Shown here: piece after piece, positions 9,185-18,248 of the stretch
Layout: each line of letters begins with the position of its first letter
Numbering within the stretch: position 1 is the stretch's first letter
Source: Candidatus Latescibacterota bacterium
Lineage (GTDB): Bacteria > Latescibacterota > UBA2968 > UBA8231
Reading direction: 5' to 3'
Assembly (NCBI GenBank): GCA_964291625.2
Contig: OZ220089.1
Span: 2,304,001 to 2,368,000, forward strand
Length of the DNA stretch: 64,000 nucleotides
Translations under genes and position numbers: made by a program
The notes under the pieces: model-generated
The model's input: the letters and a program-made list of their open reading frames with translations, nothing else
What the model was told of the DNA's origin: nothing
The model's database searches: none

Positions 9185-9829
9185 TCAACTCGACCCCGCC
9201 CACCTCACGCCCTGGATCATGAGCCGCTGCATGGCGGGGCGGCGGAAGGTGTCGGCCGTGTGGCCCAGGGTGGTGTAGAACACGCGGCCCTCCTCGTAGG
9301 ACCGGACCCAGGCCATGGGATGCTGCTTGCCGCTCCACTCGGCGGTGGCCAGGATCCGCAGGCCGGGGTCCCAGGCGGACATGTAGATCTCGTCCTCCAC
9401 CTCGAAGTCGGAGAGGCCCCGGGTCACGGGATGGGACGAGTCCTCGATGTTCACCGTGAAGGTCAGTCCCGGCGGGTGCCAGTTGGCGTGGCCTCCGAGG
9501 AGGGTGACGGCGCGGGCGTCCACCCACCAGGCGGTGCCGTGGACGCCGGCCAGGCCCCTGCCGCCGGCGACGTAGTCGAAGAGCCCGTCCTCCTGGTCCG
9601 GTGTGAGGTCGCGCTCGCGGACGACCTCGCCGTCCGGGCCTACGACGGCGCGGGTGAACCCGGTTCCGAAGAGAAGGACATCGAACTCGCGCAGGGACGG
9701 GGAGGTGAGGACGTCCTTGTCGCTGTCGAGTCGAACCTCCAGGTCATCGGCCGAATCGAGAAACCCGTGGATCACCGCGGCGCTCTTGTCGAAGCCGTGG
9801 TTCTCGCCTGACAGAATGAGAACTCGCAT
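9185..9829 (-). CDS. ThuA-like domain protein
   Basis: MRVLILSG, GGRGLAGVH, HPVTRGL, DEIY, GRVFYTTLGH motifs; RBS GGAGAG. Confidence 0.85.
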   Translation of the reverse strand: MRVLILSGENHGFDKSAAVIHGFLDSADDLEVRLDSDKDVLTSPSLREFDVLLFGTGFTRAVVGPDGEVVRERDLTPDQEDGLFDYVAGGRGLAGVHGTAWWVDARAVTLLGGHANWHPPGLTFTVNIEDSSHPVTRGLSDFEVEDEIYMSAWDPGLRILATAEWSGKQHPMAWVRSYEEGRVFYTTLGHTADTFRRPAMQRLMIQGVRWAGSS

Positions 9830-9905
9830 CTTCTCTCTCCTTTGACCGGGCCGTCGCCCGGAACCTAAAATCCGCGCCCGACAATCGCCAGAAGGAATTG
9901 TCTTC

Positions 9906-11369
9906 ATGTCCAACGACCCGCCAGCCCCACTCCCGCGGGAGCAGGCCGACCAGTTCGCCGACCTGGCCTGCCTGGCCTACTTCGGCGTCGATCACGTCAG
10001 CCGCCGCGAGCAGGCGGCGCGGATCCTCGCCGAGACACCGGAGATCACCGCCGCCAGCTGCCATGCCGCGGCCGCCGCCTTCGACGTGAAGGCCCTGAGG
10101 GAGCACCTGTCGGCGGACAGTTCCGCCGCCGGCGCCGCCGGCGGTCCCCGGAACTGGCCGCCCCTGCTCTACGTCTGCTACAGCCGGATACCGGAGGACC
10201 CCCCGGAGCGCGACGCCGTGGCTGCCCTCGAGGTGCTGCTCGCCGCAGGCGCCGACGGCACCGCCTTCCTGGTCTCCAGGGAGCTGGGCGGCTGGCGCTG
10301 GTCGGGACTCACCGGGGCCATGGGCGAAGGCGAGGAGGGCCTCCTGCAGCAGCCGCCCCACGCGAGGGCCCGCGAGCTGGTCGAGATCCTGCTCGGCGCC
10401 GGCGCCGACCCGAACGATTCCCAGGGTCTCTACAACACCATGTTCACGCCGGATGACGAGTGGCTGGAGCTGCTGCTGGCGCACGGGCTGAAGGCCTCGG
10501 ACGTGGTCGACCCCGACGGGGACCCGCCGATCCGGACCCTCGACTACCAGCTCTGCCAGGCGGTGAAGATGGGCATGGCGCAACGGGTGTCGCTGCTGCT
10601 CGACCACGGCGCCGACGTCCATGCGGCCGACATCTACAACGGCCGCTCGAACTACGCCAACGCCCTGCTCCGCGGCCATCCGGAGATCGCGGCCCTGCTG
10701 GTCGAGCGCGGCGCCGAGATCCGGGAGCTGTCCCTCGAGGACCGGTTCGCCGCCGCCGTGATGGGCGGCGACGAGAACGCCGCCCGACAGCTGCTGGAGG
10801 CCGAGCCCGGCCTGATCGAGAACCCGGAGCTGCTGCAGGAAGCGGTCGACAAACCGGATACGACCCGGCTGCTGCTGGAGCTGGGCGCCGATCCGAACGC
10901 GCCCAACGAGAAGGGCCGCGTCCCCCTCCATTGGGCGGCCTGGGCCAACAACACCGAGGTCGTCGGGCTCCTTCTGGCCCGCGGCGGCAACTGCGAGATC
11001 CGCGAACACGAGCACAACGCCACGCCGGTGGGATTCGCCAACCACGCCGGCCACTTCGAGTTGCGGGATCTGCTGCTCGATCACAGCCGCAACGCATTCG
11101 ACCTGGCAGCCTTCGGCCGGACGGAGCAGCTGGCCGAAGTCCTGGCGACCGACCCGGAGCAGGCCAAGGCTCGCGGCGCTGGCGGACACACCCTCTTCCA
11201 CGCCGTCCCGGCAGGCTCCTCCTGCGAGCAGATGCTCGACCTCCTCGCCGCCCACGGCGCCGACATCGACGCCGCCGCCAACGACGGCGCCACGCCCCTC
11301 TCCGCCGCCGTCGAGCGAGGAGACGAGCAGCTCGCGGCGATGCTGCGGGCTCGCGGCGCCCGCGAGTGA
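9906..11369 (+). CDS. Ankyrin repeat protein
   Basis: Repeated LL..GADPN, PLHWAA and TPLSAA ankyrin motifs. Confidence 0.9.
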   Translation: MSNDPPAPLPREQADQFADLACLAYFGVDHVSRREQAARILAETPEITAASCHAAAAAFDVKALREHLSADSSAAGAAGGPRNWPPLLYVCYSRIPEDPPERDAVAALEVLLAAGADGTAFLVSRELGGWRWSGLTGAMGEGEEGLLQQPPHARARELVEILLGAGADPNDSQGLYNTMFTPDDEWLELLLAHGLKASDVVDPDGDPPIRTLDYQLCQAVKMGMAQRVSLLLDHGADVHAADIYNGRSNYANALLRGHPEIAALLVERGAEIRELSLEDRFAAAVMGGDENAARQLLEAEPGLIENPELLQEAVDKPDTTRLLLELGADPNAPNEKGRVPLHWAAWANNTEVVGLLLARGGNCEIREHEHNATPVGFANHAGHFELRDLLLDHSRNAFDLAAFGRTEQLAEVLATDPEQAKARGAGGHTLFHAVPAGSSCEQMLDLLAAHGADIDAAANDGATPLSAAVERGDEQLAAMLRARGARE

Positions 11370-11415
11370 GCCCTCATTCGGCCGGCCGACACGGCGGCCC
11401 ATCCGGAGAACCGAC

Positions 11416-12291
11416 ATGGCCAAGCGCGACGTGAATTACGATGCCGCCGAAGAGATCGGATTCATGAACATCGACGAGACCGACTACGCGTCGATGACCC
11501 TGGGCGAGAAGATGCGCCACCTCGAGGTCGAGGGGTACGTGGTCCTCCCGGACGCGCTCGACGCCGCCCACATGGACCGGATCAACGCAGAGATGGCGGA
11601 CGCGCCCATGGGGACCAAGGACTACAGCGACTGCCAGACCTTCCACAAGGAGCCCCAGTGGCACAGCCCGGCGTTGGCGGAGGTGATCGCCAATCCCCCG
11701 GTTGTCGAGTTCCTCGAGGCCCTCTGCGGGGAGGAGATCGTCTTCACCCGCGGGCTCTTCACCCGCACCCTGGCCGGTTCGCCCCCCATCTCGCTGCACA
11801 CCGACGGCCAGCCCTTCGGCTCCTCGATCTTCGGGTACGAGGGCAGCTCCCCCCGGCTGCTGCGCGTCCTCTACTATCTCGACGACCTCACCCCGGACCG
11901 GGCGCCCCTGCGCGTCCTGCCGCGCTCCCATCTCTCCTTCCACGCCGACGCCAACCCGTACGTCCGCTACACGTCGCACCCGGGCGAGGTGACCATCTGC
12001 GCGAAAGCCGGGACCGCCGTCGTCTTCCCCGTCAACATCTTCCACGGCACCCACCCCAACCGGGACGACTCGCTGCGCACGCTGATCCAACTGGGCTACC
12101 GCCCCGCCTGGGCCGGTCCCATCCAGCCGATGGAGGAGTGGGATCCCGAGCTGGTGGCGGCGGCGCCGGCCGTGGCGCGACGCTTCCTGCAGAGCCTCAA
12201 CACATCCGGCGTCGACTGGGAGCAGCCCCACAAGCCGCTGGGCATGAAGTCGGACGCGCCGGCCATCGCTCCCGAGCGCTGGGACCGCTGA
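11416..12291 (+). CDS. Phytanoyl-CoA dioxygenase (PhyH) family Fe/2OG oxygenase
   Basis: GYVVLPDAL, LHTD (HxD), LRVLPRSH, distal FHG. Confidence 0.9.
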   Translation: MAKRDVNYDAAEEIGFMNIDETDYASMTLGEKMRHLEVEGYVVLPDALDAAHMDRINAEMADAPMGTKDYSDCQTFHKEPQWHSPALAEVIANPPVVEFLEALCGEEIVFTRGLFTRTLAGSPPISLHTDGQPFGSSIFGYEGSSPRLLRVLYYLDDLTPDRAPLRVLPRSHLSFHADANPYVRYTSHPGEVTICAKAGTAVVFPVNIFHGTHPNRDDSLRTLIQLGYRPAWAGPIQPMEEWDPELVAAAPAVARRFLQSLNTSGVDWEQPHKPLGMKSDAPAIAPERWDR

Positions 12292-12350
12292 GCCGTCGGC
12301 ACGGCCGCCCTCTCGAGCTGAACGGACCCTGAAGCGACCCGCCGGCGCCG

Positions 12351-13322
12351 ATGCTCCGAGTGGCCCTCATCGGTTGCGGCGCCAAGGCCGGCCCCTACCT
12401 CACGGCGGCGCGGCACCTCCCCGGCGTGGAGATCGCGGCCGTCGTAGACCCGGACTCCGATCGGGTGGCCCGGGCGGCCCTCCCGGCAGGTGTCCAGCTC
12501 CAGGCCGCCTCCCTCGACGAGCTGCTCGACGCCGCCGCCGAAGCCTTCGACGCCGTCATCGTCACCACCCCTGCCTCGACACGGGCTTCCCTGATCGAGC
12601 AGGCGGCCGAAGCCGGGAAGCACGTCCTCGTCGAGCCTCCCCTGGCGGGGACCGCCAGCGAGGCGGAACACGCCGCCGCCTGCGCACGCGCCTCCGGAGT
12701 GCGGCTCATGCCCGCCCACGGGGACCGCTTCCGGGCCGACTCCCGCACCGTCAGGGCCAGCCTCGACCAGGGTGAGCTGGGGCGGCCGGGGCTGCTTCGC
12801 ATCCACGATTGGTCCCCGGCCGCTGAGGGCGGCCACAGCGATCCCGCTGGCCTGGCCGCCCTGGACCTGGCCCTCTGGATGTTCGACGGCCCGCCCATCT
12901 GCGTCTACGCCGGGGGGCGGCCTCCCCGGGCGGGTCTCGGAGAAGCGGAGTACCTCCAGGTCCACCTCGGCTTCGAGGGGGGCGGCATGGCCCTCATCGA
13001 CGTGGCCCGCTGTCTGCCGGCCGGCGACGGGTACCGTTCCCTCGCCCTGATCGGCTCCCTCGGAGCCGCCCACTCCGACGACCACCACAACGTGCAACTG
13101 CTCTACGGCGGAGGACGGGCGCAGGCGGTGCTCACCGAAGCCGATGAATCCGTGCCGGCCCTGGTGCTGTCGGAATTCGCCGCGGCCGTCGGCGGGGGGC
13201 GGGAACCCGCCGTGAGCGGCGAGGACGGTGCGGCGGTGCTCAGGGTCGCCGAGGCGGCGGCCTCCTCTTGGGCCGCCGACGCGGCCTTCCGGATGTGGGG
13301 AGGGCGGTATGAGCGCGCCTGA
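12351..13322 (+). CDS. Gfo/Idh/MocA family oxidoreductase with degenerate catalytic motifs
   Basis: VALIGCG Rossmann motif, AGKHVLVEPP, HSDDHHN. Confidence 0.8.
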   Translation: MLRVALIGCGAKAGPYLTAARHLPGVEIAAVVDPDSDRVARAALPAGVQLQAASLDELLDAAAEAFDAVIVTTPASTRASLIEQAAEAGKHVLVEPPLAGTASEAEHAAACARASGVRLMPAHGDRFRADSRTVRASLDQGELGRPGLLRIHDWSPAAEGGHSDPAGLAALDLALWMFDGPPICVYAGGRPPRAGLGEAEYLQVHLGFEGGGMALIDVARCLPAGDGYRSLALIGSLGAAHSDDHHNVQLLYGGGRAQAVLTEADESVPALVLSEFAAAVGGGREPAVSGEDGAAVLRVAEAAASSWAADAAFRMWGGRYERA

Positions 13323-14364
13323 GGTGCTGCCCGTACTGGTCCTGGGCGGGGTGAAGCACCTGTACATCGTGCAGGGGGTGGCGGCCCATCCCCGCTTCGA
13401 GCTGGTGGCCCTGGCCGACGAGGAAGAGGCGCCGGACTGGGTGCACGAACGCAACGAGACCGCGGCCTCCGCCTTCGGCTGCCCGTACGTGCGCGGGGTG
13501 TCCGCGGCCCTGGATCGGTACCGGCCCCGCGTCGCCTGCGTCACCCCCGAGACCGGACGCCATGCGCGGCTGAGCGCGATCGCCGCCGAGGCCGGCCTGC
13601 ACATCGTCCAGGACAAGCCGATGGCGCTGACCCTGGCCGAGTGCGACCGCATCGTCGCGGCCGTGGAAGAGGCCGGCGTGCGGTTCCTCATGTGGAACCG
13701 CAACACCTTCCCCTCCATCCTGCAGGCGCGGGAGGTCCTCGCCGGCGGCGGCCTCGGCGATCCGCTCGCCATGCACGTGGACTTCTTCTTCGCCAAGGAC
13801 GCCGGCCCGCTCGTCGGCTCCGGAGAGCCGGAGGAGATCCCCGCCGGCCACGAAGTCCTGGGGGAGCTGACCGTCGAGGGGATCTACCCCCTGGCCTACT
13901 TCCACGCGCTCCTAGGCGTCCCCGTGCGGCGCGTCTTCGCCCGGACGACCGCCCACTTCTTCCAGCGCCACGCCGACCGCGGCGTGGAGGACCTGGCTTC
14001 GGTCACGCTCGAGATGGAGGACGGGACCCCTGGCTCCCTGTGCATCGGCCGCATCGGGGAGCCTTCCCACCCCAACATCGGCGAGTTGCGGCTCCATATC
14101 CTCGGGACCCGGGGGGCCTTCGTCACCGCCGAGCCGCGGCCCGAGGTCTCGGTCCATGCCAGGTCCCTGAAGCCGGAGGACCACCGCCAGCGGCGCGTCG
14201 GCGTCGACTACGAGCGGCGCCTGCTGGACGACTTCGCCCGGGCCATCGACTCGGGGACCGACACCCTGTTGGGCGCGCGGGACAGCCGGGCGATCGCCGC
14301 CACGGTGTTTGCTGCGGTGGAGTCGGGGCGGACCGGGCGGGTCGTGGACGTGGGGAAGGGTTGA
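13309..14364 (+). CDS. Gfo/Idh/MocA family oxidoreductase
   Basis: AGLHIVQDKPMA, C-terminal AAVESGRTGRVV; overlaps the upstream gene by 14 bp. Confidence 0.85.
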   Translation: MSAPEVLPVLVLGGVKHLYIVQGVAAHPRFELVALADEEEAPDWVHERNETAASAFGCPYVRGVSAALDRYRPRVACVTPETGRHARLSAIAAEAGLHIVQDKPMALTLAECDRIVAAVEEAGVRFLMWNRNTFPSILQAREVLAGGGLGDPLAMHVDFFFAKDAGPLVGSGEPEEIPAGHEVLGELTVEGIYPLAYFHALLGVPVRRVFARTTAHFFQRHADRGVEDLASVTLEMEDGTPGSLCIGRIGEPSHPNIGELRLHILGTRGAFVTAEPRPEVSVHARSLKPEDHRQRRVGVDYERRLLDDFARAIDSGTDTLLGARDSRAIAATVFAAVESGRTGRVVDVGKG

Positions 14365-14398
14365 CTGCAAAGGGTATGTGTATTACGTATACACATAC
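14361..14398 (+). promoter_or_regulatory. vapBC promoter/operator with a perfect 10-bp inverted repeat
   Basis: TTGACT at 14361; GTATGTGTAT-N5-ATACACATAC at 14374-14398, directly upstream of the antitoxin. Confidence 0.7.
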
Positions 14399-14418
14399 GC
14401 ATAGAATAGGCGGAGACA

Positions 14419-14694
14419 ATGGCAAGGGTTCAGCTCGTGATGCCCGACGAGGATCGGGACCGCTTCGTCCATCAGGCGCGGACGGAAGGCATGACTCTGA
14501 GCGCATGGCTCAGGAGCGCTGCCCGCCGGCGTCTGGAGGAGCAGCAGCAATCCCGCACCTTCGAGTCTCCGGACGATCTCGAGAGATTCTTCCGCGCCTG
14601 CGACGCGCTGGAAGGCCCCGGGGTGGAACCGGACTGGGAGGAGCACCTCACCGTCATCGACGAATCGAGAAAGCGGGGCTCCTCCAGCACGTGA
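14419..14694 (+). CDS. vapB: Antitoxin, ribbon-helix-helix VapB-like
   Basis: MARVQLVMPDE...GMTLSAWLRSAA RHH pattern; GTGA overlap with the PIN gene. Confidence 0.8.
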   Translation: MARVQLVMPDEDRDRFVHQARTEGMTLSAWLRSAARRRLEEQQQSRTFESPDDLERFFRACDALEGPGVEPDWEEHLTVIDESRKRGSSST

Positions 14695-15089
14695 TCTTCG
14701 TCGATACCAACATCTTCATGTACGCCGTAGGCCGGGCGCATCCGCTCCGCGATCCGGCGCGGGGGTTCTTCGCCGACTGCATCCGCTCCCGAACGCCCTT
14801 GTGCACCTCGGCCGAGGTGCTGCAGGAGCTGGCCCACGCCTACCTGCCCGTCGGGCGGAAGCAGACCCTCGACGCCGCCCTGTCGCTGGTCACCAGGTCC
14901 CGCGTGGAAGTGTGGCCTCTGGAACAGGAGGATGTCGTCCTGGCGCGCCAGCTCCACGAGCAGCATCCGGCCCTGGGCGCCCGGGACCTCTGCCACCTGG
15001 CCAGCTGCAGGCGCCGCGGAGTCAGGGAGGTTCGGACTTTCGATCAGGGACTGGCCGCCGCCGCCGGAGGGGCTGGACCGAACCCCTGA
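14691..15089 (+). CDS. vapC: PIN-domain toxin VapC
   Basis: IFVDTNIFMYAVG, EVLQE, ARDLCHLA, TFD acidic PIN motifs; GTG start. Confidence 0.9.
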   Translation: MIFVDTNIFMYAVGRAHPLRDPARGFFADCIRSRTPLCTSAEVLQELAHAYLPVGRKQTLDAALSLVTRSRVEVWPLEQEDVVLARQLHEQHPALGARDLCHLASCRRRGVREVRTFDQGLAAAAGGAGPNP

Positions 15090-15118
15090 AGGCCATCGGC
15101 CGGTGAGGCTCGGGGTAG

Positions 15119-15158
15119 AGAAAGGGCAGCCACGAATCCCAGCACGGGCTGCCCTCTT
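15119..15158. terminator. Probable bidirectional intrinsic terminator between vapC and tRNA-Ala
   Basis: AGGGCAGCC (15123-15131) pairs with GGCTGCCCT (15147-15155); pyrimidine-rich tails on both strands. Confidence 0.6.
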
Positions 15159-15231
15159 GGATAACCAGGGGGTTATGGACTTTAGGTAAGGAAACCTACC
15201 TAAGCCGAAACCAGCATGTTGCGCTGATAAG

Positions 15232-15307
15232 TGGTGGAGCTGAGGGGAATCGAACCCCTGACCTCCTGAATGCCATTCAGGCGCTCTCCCAACTGAGCTA
15301 CAGCCCC
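15232..15307 (-). tRNA. tRNA-Ala (anticodon GGC), CCA encoded
   Basis: Reverse complement GGGGCTGTAGCTCAGTTGGGAGAGCGCCTGAATGGCATTCAGGAGGTCAGGGGTTCGATTCCCCTCAGCTCCACCA; G3:U70 Ala identity pair. Confidence 0.98.
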
Positions 15308-15322
15308 CCAGGAAGGCCTCAG

Positions 15323-15351
15323 AACGTAACCCCCGGCCGTCATATCGTCAA
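15323..15351 (-). promoter_or_regulatory. Sigma70-type promoter of tRNA-Ala
   Basis: TTGACG-17 bp-TACGTT on the minus strand. Confidence 0.7.
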
Positions 15352-15376
15352 CGGCCGCAGGCACCTGCGCCAACCG

Positions 15377-15949
15377 CTAGGGCTTGAGGGTGATCCCCAC
15401 GCCCAAGTCGGAGTCGTACTCGTCGCGCTCGCTGGAGCTGGGTCCGAGGGACAGGCTGGTGAGGACCAGCCGGACCTCGCTGGAGGCGTCGTACCCGGAG
15501 GCGGTGCGGACCCGCATCGTCGCCAGGATCTGGCTGCCGCTGACCGAGGTGGTCAGGCTGGCTCCCAGGACCCGCACTTCGGCGCCGCTCACCACCAGTC
15601 CGTTGGGGGCTGGCGTGACGAAGGGCGTCTCCAGGGTGGCCTCGGCGTTCTCCAGGTCGAAGGCGGCCGCAGGCTCGGCCTCCAGCTTGATGTCGAACTG
15701 ACGCAGCTGGTCGGCGCCGTCGACCTCGAAGATGAGGCTGATCTCCTGCCCGGCCCCGGTGATGTCGAGACCGTCGCCGACGATGCGGAAACGCTCGGCG
15801 AAGGAGCCGGACAGGTCGGCCAGCTGGCGCAGGCCCCCCTCGTCCACCGGGGCGACGACCCCGTCGGTGCCGGGAGGATTGACCACCGAGTCCGACTCAG
15901 CGCAGGCGGACAGGCCGGCGAGGGATGCGAGGGCGATGCGAAGCAGCAT
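15377..15949 (-). CDS. Lipoprotein with beta-sandwich (cohesin-like) domain
   Basis: RBS AAGGAG; lipobox LSAC in MLLRIALASLAGLSAC; beta-rich mature region. Confidence 0.65.
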   Translation of the reverse strand: MLLRIALASLAGLSACAESDSVVNPPGTDGVVAPVDEGGLRQLADLSGSFAERFRIVGDGLDITGAGQEISLIFEVDGADQLRQFDIKLEAEPAAAFDLENAEATLETPFVTPAPNGLVVSGAEVRVLGASLTTSVSGSQILATMRVRTASGYDASSEVRLVLTSLSLGPSSSERDEYDSDLGVGITLKP

Positions 15950-16017
15950 GGGGGACTCCTTTCCTGGTCCAGCGTCCTGGAGAGAGAAGATCGCCCGCCC
16001 CCGCCCACTCCGCAAAG

Positions 16018-16803
16018 TCAGCGGCAGGCCCTGCCGGCCGACCACGAAGGCGTGGCACCGAGCTGGTGGTGGGACCGCAGGTGCACCCCCATGCGCAGGC
16101 TGCGCGCCCCGGCCTCCACCCCCAGGCCGTACTGGCGCGGACGGTCGAGCCCGTCGAGGGTCATCGCCGCCGGCCCCCCGAGGGGCAGGGACAGGCGCAT
16201 CTCGGGCCGCAGGGCCGGCCCCCGCCAGGCAACCCCGAGGGAGAGGGTTGCTTCCGGCCCTTCGCGGCGCAGCCGCACGGAACCCCTCCGCTCCAGCAGG
16301 CCCCCCGCGCCGCCCTGCCACCACCCCTCCACCTGCCATCGGCGGAGGAGATCCGCGCGCGCCCCCAGGATCGGCACCCGCCCACGCCAGACCGGCTGAC
16401 CGCTCCACTGCAGGCGCGCCTCCAGCAGGGCGGCGCCGAGATCCAGCCCCCCTGTCAGCGAGACCGCGACCGCAGCCAGCACCGCCTGCTCCCGGTGCCG
16501 CGGGGGCCCGCGCACCGCCAGCCCGAACCCTCCCCGCAACATGCCGAGGCGGGGCGCCGCCAGCAGCAGGTGCTGCCCCGCCAGCTCGTGCAGCCCGAAG
16601 GGCCGGTCGTGGACGAGATGGCCGCAGAGGGAGGCGGTGACCGACGCGAGGCGGGCGGGGTTGGCGCCCAGCCGGTCCGGCGCCGGCAGCGGGTCGGCGA
16701 AGGGTCCCCGCTCGAAGGCGGCGACGGCCGCTCCCGCGGTGGCGAGCAGCAGCAGGGCGGCGACCAGCGGAAGCCGGGTGGAGGTGCCAGGGCGGGAGTC
16801 CAC
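16018..16803 (-). CDS. Hypothetical exported protein, possibly a degenerate PorV-like beta-barrel
   Basis: Signal peptide ending AVA-AFE, NPARLA motif, alternating beta strands. Confidence 0.5.
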   Translation of the reverse strand: MDSRPGTSTRLPLVAALLLLATAGAAVAAFERGPFADPLPAPDRLGANPARLASVTASLCGHLVHDRPFGLHELAGQHLLLAAPRLGMLRGGFGLAVRGPPRHREQAVLAAVAVSLTGGLDLGAALLEARLQWSGQPVWRGRVPILGARADLLRRWQVEGWWQGGAGGLLERRGSVRLRREGPEATLSLGVAWRGPALRPEMRLSLPLGGPAAMTLDGLDRPRQYGLGVEAGARSLRMGVHLRSHHQLGATPSWSAGRACR

Positions 16804-16917
16804 GGGAAAGACAACGCAACTCCGGGACCACCGATGGTCCCCGGGGCTTCTGGGCGGCCCCCGGGGCGATGGATGTCACCCGGGGCACACGGCCCCGGGT
16901 TCCCTGGTGGCACGCCC

Positions 16918-17676
16918 TCAGGCCGGGACGGCCCTCCGGACGGTCCAGCGGTCCTCGTACTCGCCGCGGCGGAAGCGCTCCAGGTCCAGGCCGCCGGGCA
17001 CGTAGTGCCAGGCCGTGGAGTAGCGGGTGCGGGCCGGGTCCTCGTTGTCGGCGGTGCCGTGCAGGAGGTTGGCCGAGAACAGGACCACCGTCCCCGGCGC
17101 GACGGCCACGTCCACGGCGCGGGACTCCTCGACCTGGGTCCAGGACCCGTGCATGCCCTGCTCCCGCTGGTGGTCGACGATCACCCCGTCGTGGTGGCTG
17201 CCGGGGACGACCCGCAGGCAGCCGTTGCGGCGGTCGGCCTCCTGCAGGTAGACGCCGCAGGACAGGATCCGCCGCGAGTTGGTGCCGAAGTAGAAGTTGT
17301 CCTGGTGCCAGTGCGTGGACGTGCCGCCGCCCGGAAGCTTGGGGAAGAACTTGGTGCCGAAGACGTCCACTTCCTCGCAGCCGAGCAGCTCCGCCGCCCT
17401 GTCGACGATGGCGGGCTCCCGGGCGAGGTCCAGGATCCTGGAGTCGACGACGCACACGCCCTGCACCTTGTGCAGCAGCCCGGGCACAGGCTGGCCGTCG
17501 GCGCCGAGTTCGAGGCTGAAGTGTCCCTCCGGCTCGCTCAGAGCGCGGCCTCGTTCGACCAGCTCGTCGAGGGCCGACAGGTAGTGGGCGAGGCGGGCGC
17601 CCCCCAGCACGCCCTCGAAGACCAGGTACCCGCGGTCGTCAAACTCCTGCCTATGCGCATCGGTGAGCATCGGCAT
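16918..17676 (-). CDS. PhyH family dioxygenase
   Basis: FDDRGYLV, WHQDNFYF, NGCLRVVPGSH, LLHG; RBS AAGGAGG. Confidence 0.9.
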   Translation of the reverse strand: MPMLTDAHRQEFDDRGYLVFEGVLGGARLAHYLSALDELVERGRALSEPEGHFSLELGADGQPVPGLLHKVQGVCVVDSRILDLAREPAIVDRAAELLGCEEVDVFGTKFFPKLPGGGTSTHWHQDNFYFGTNSRRILSCGVYLQEADRRNGCLRVVPGSHHDGVIVDHQREQGMHGSWTQVEESRAVDVAVAPGTVVLFSANLLHGTADNEDPARTRYSTAWHYVPGGLDLERFRRGEYEDRWTVRRAVPA

Positions 17677-17690
17677 CTTTCCCTCCTTTC

Positions 17691-18248
17691 CTATGGACCC
17701 CATCGGATGGTCAGCCGGACCCCGGACGACTCCAGGTTCCCGGCGTCGAGGTCGAAGTCCTCCAGATGGGCGTCGACGTAGGCGTCCACGGCGGACAAGG
17801 TAGCGGTCAAGAGATAGAGCAGGACCCGCGTGTTGCGCCGGGCCGCGCGGTCTTCGTGCTCCTGCGGCGTCGGTGCGTCGGCCACGCGGGAGCTCTCGAC
17901 CACGGCGGACGTCAACCAGCCGGCGCCGGCGCCGGCGAAGAGCAACGCCTTCACCCAGTGCCCGCCGGCGGCCTGGCCCCATCCCGGCAGGACAGCGGAG
18001 CGCACCAGGGCTGCCCGAGGGGACAGCCGCCCGCCCGCCTGCACCGGGTCGGCCACCGCTGGCTCCGCGGGTCCGGATGGCTGGGTCAGGCGGGGCAACG
18101 GGGGATCCTCGGTCCGCCCCGCGGAATCGGCCTCGACCTGCACGCTGGGTGCGGACTCCGGGGCAGCCGCTGCCGGGCCCGTGACCAGCACGACCAGCAG
18201 GCCGGCGAGCCCCCAGGCCCCGGGCTCAGCCCTGGTCACCGCTCTCAC
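17691..18248 (-). CDS. DUF5683-like membrane protein
   Basis: SAVLPGWGQ and DAYVDAHL motifs; start uncertain. Confidence 0.75.
   Translation of the reverse strand: MRAVTRAEPGAWGLAGLLVVLVTGPAAAAPESAPSVQVEADSAGRTEDPPLPRLTQPSGPAEPAVADPVQAGGRLSPRAALVRSAVLPGWGQAAGGHWVKALLFAGAGAGWLTSAVVESSRVADAPTPQEHEDRAARRNTRVLLYLLTATLSAVDAYVDAHLEDFDLDAGNLESSGVRLTIRWGP

Noticed and set aside
6984-9527. Extended N-termini in the ORF track (also tgt, ribBA, PorV-like genes and the aldo/keto reductase)
   Set aside because: The extensions overlap upstream genes in other frames; starts were reassigned using RBS and family N-termini
15200-15231. Hammerhead ribozyme (CGAAA and CTGATAA nearby)
   Set aside because: The core should be CUGANGA with three compatible stems; neither condition is met
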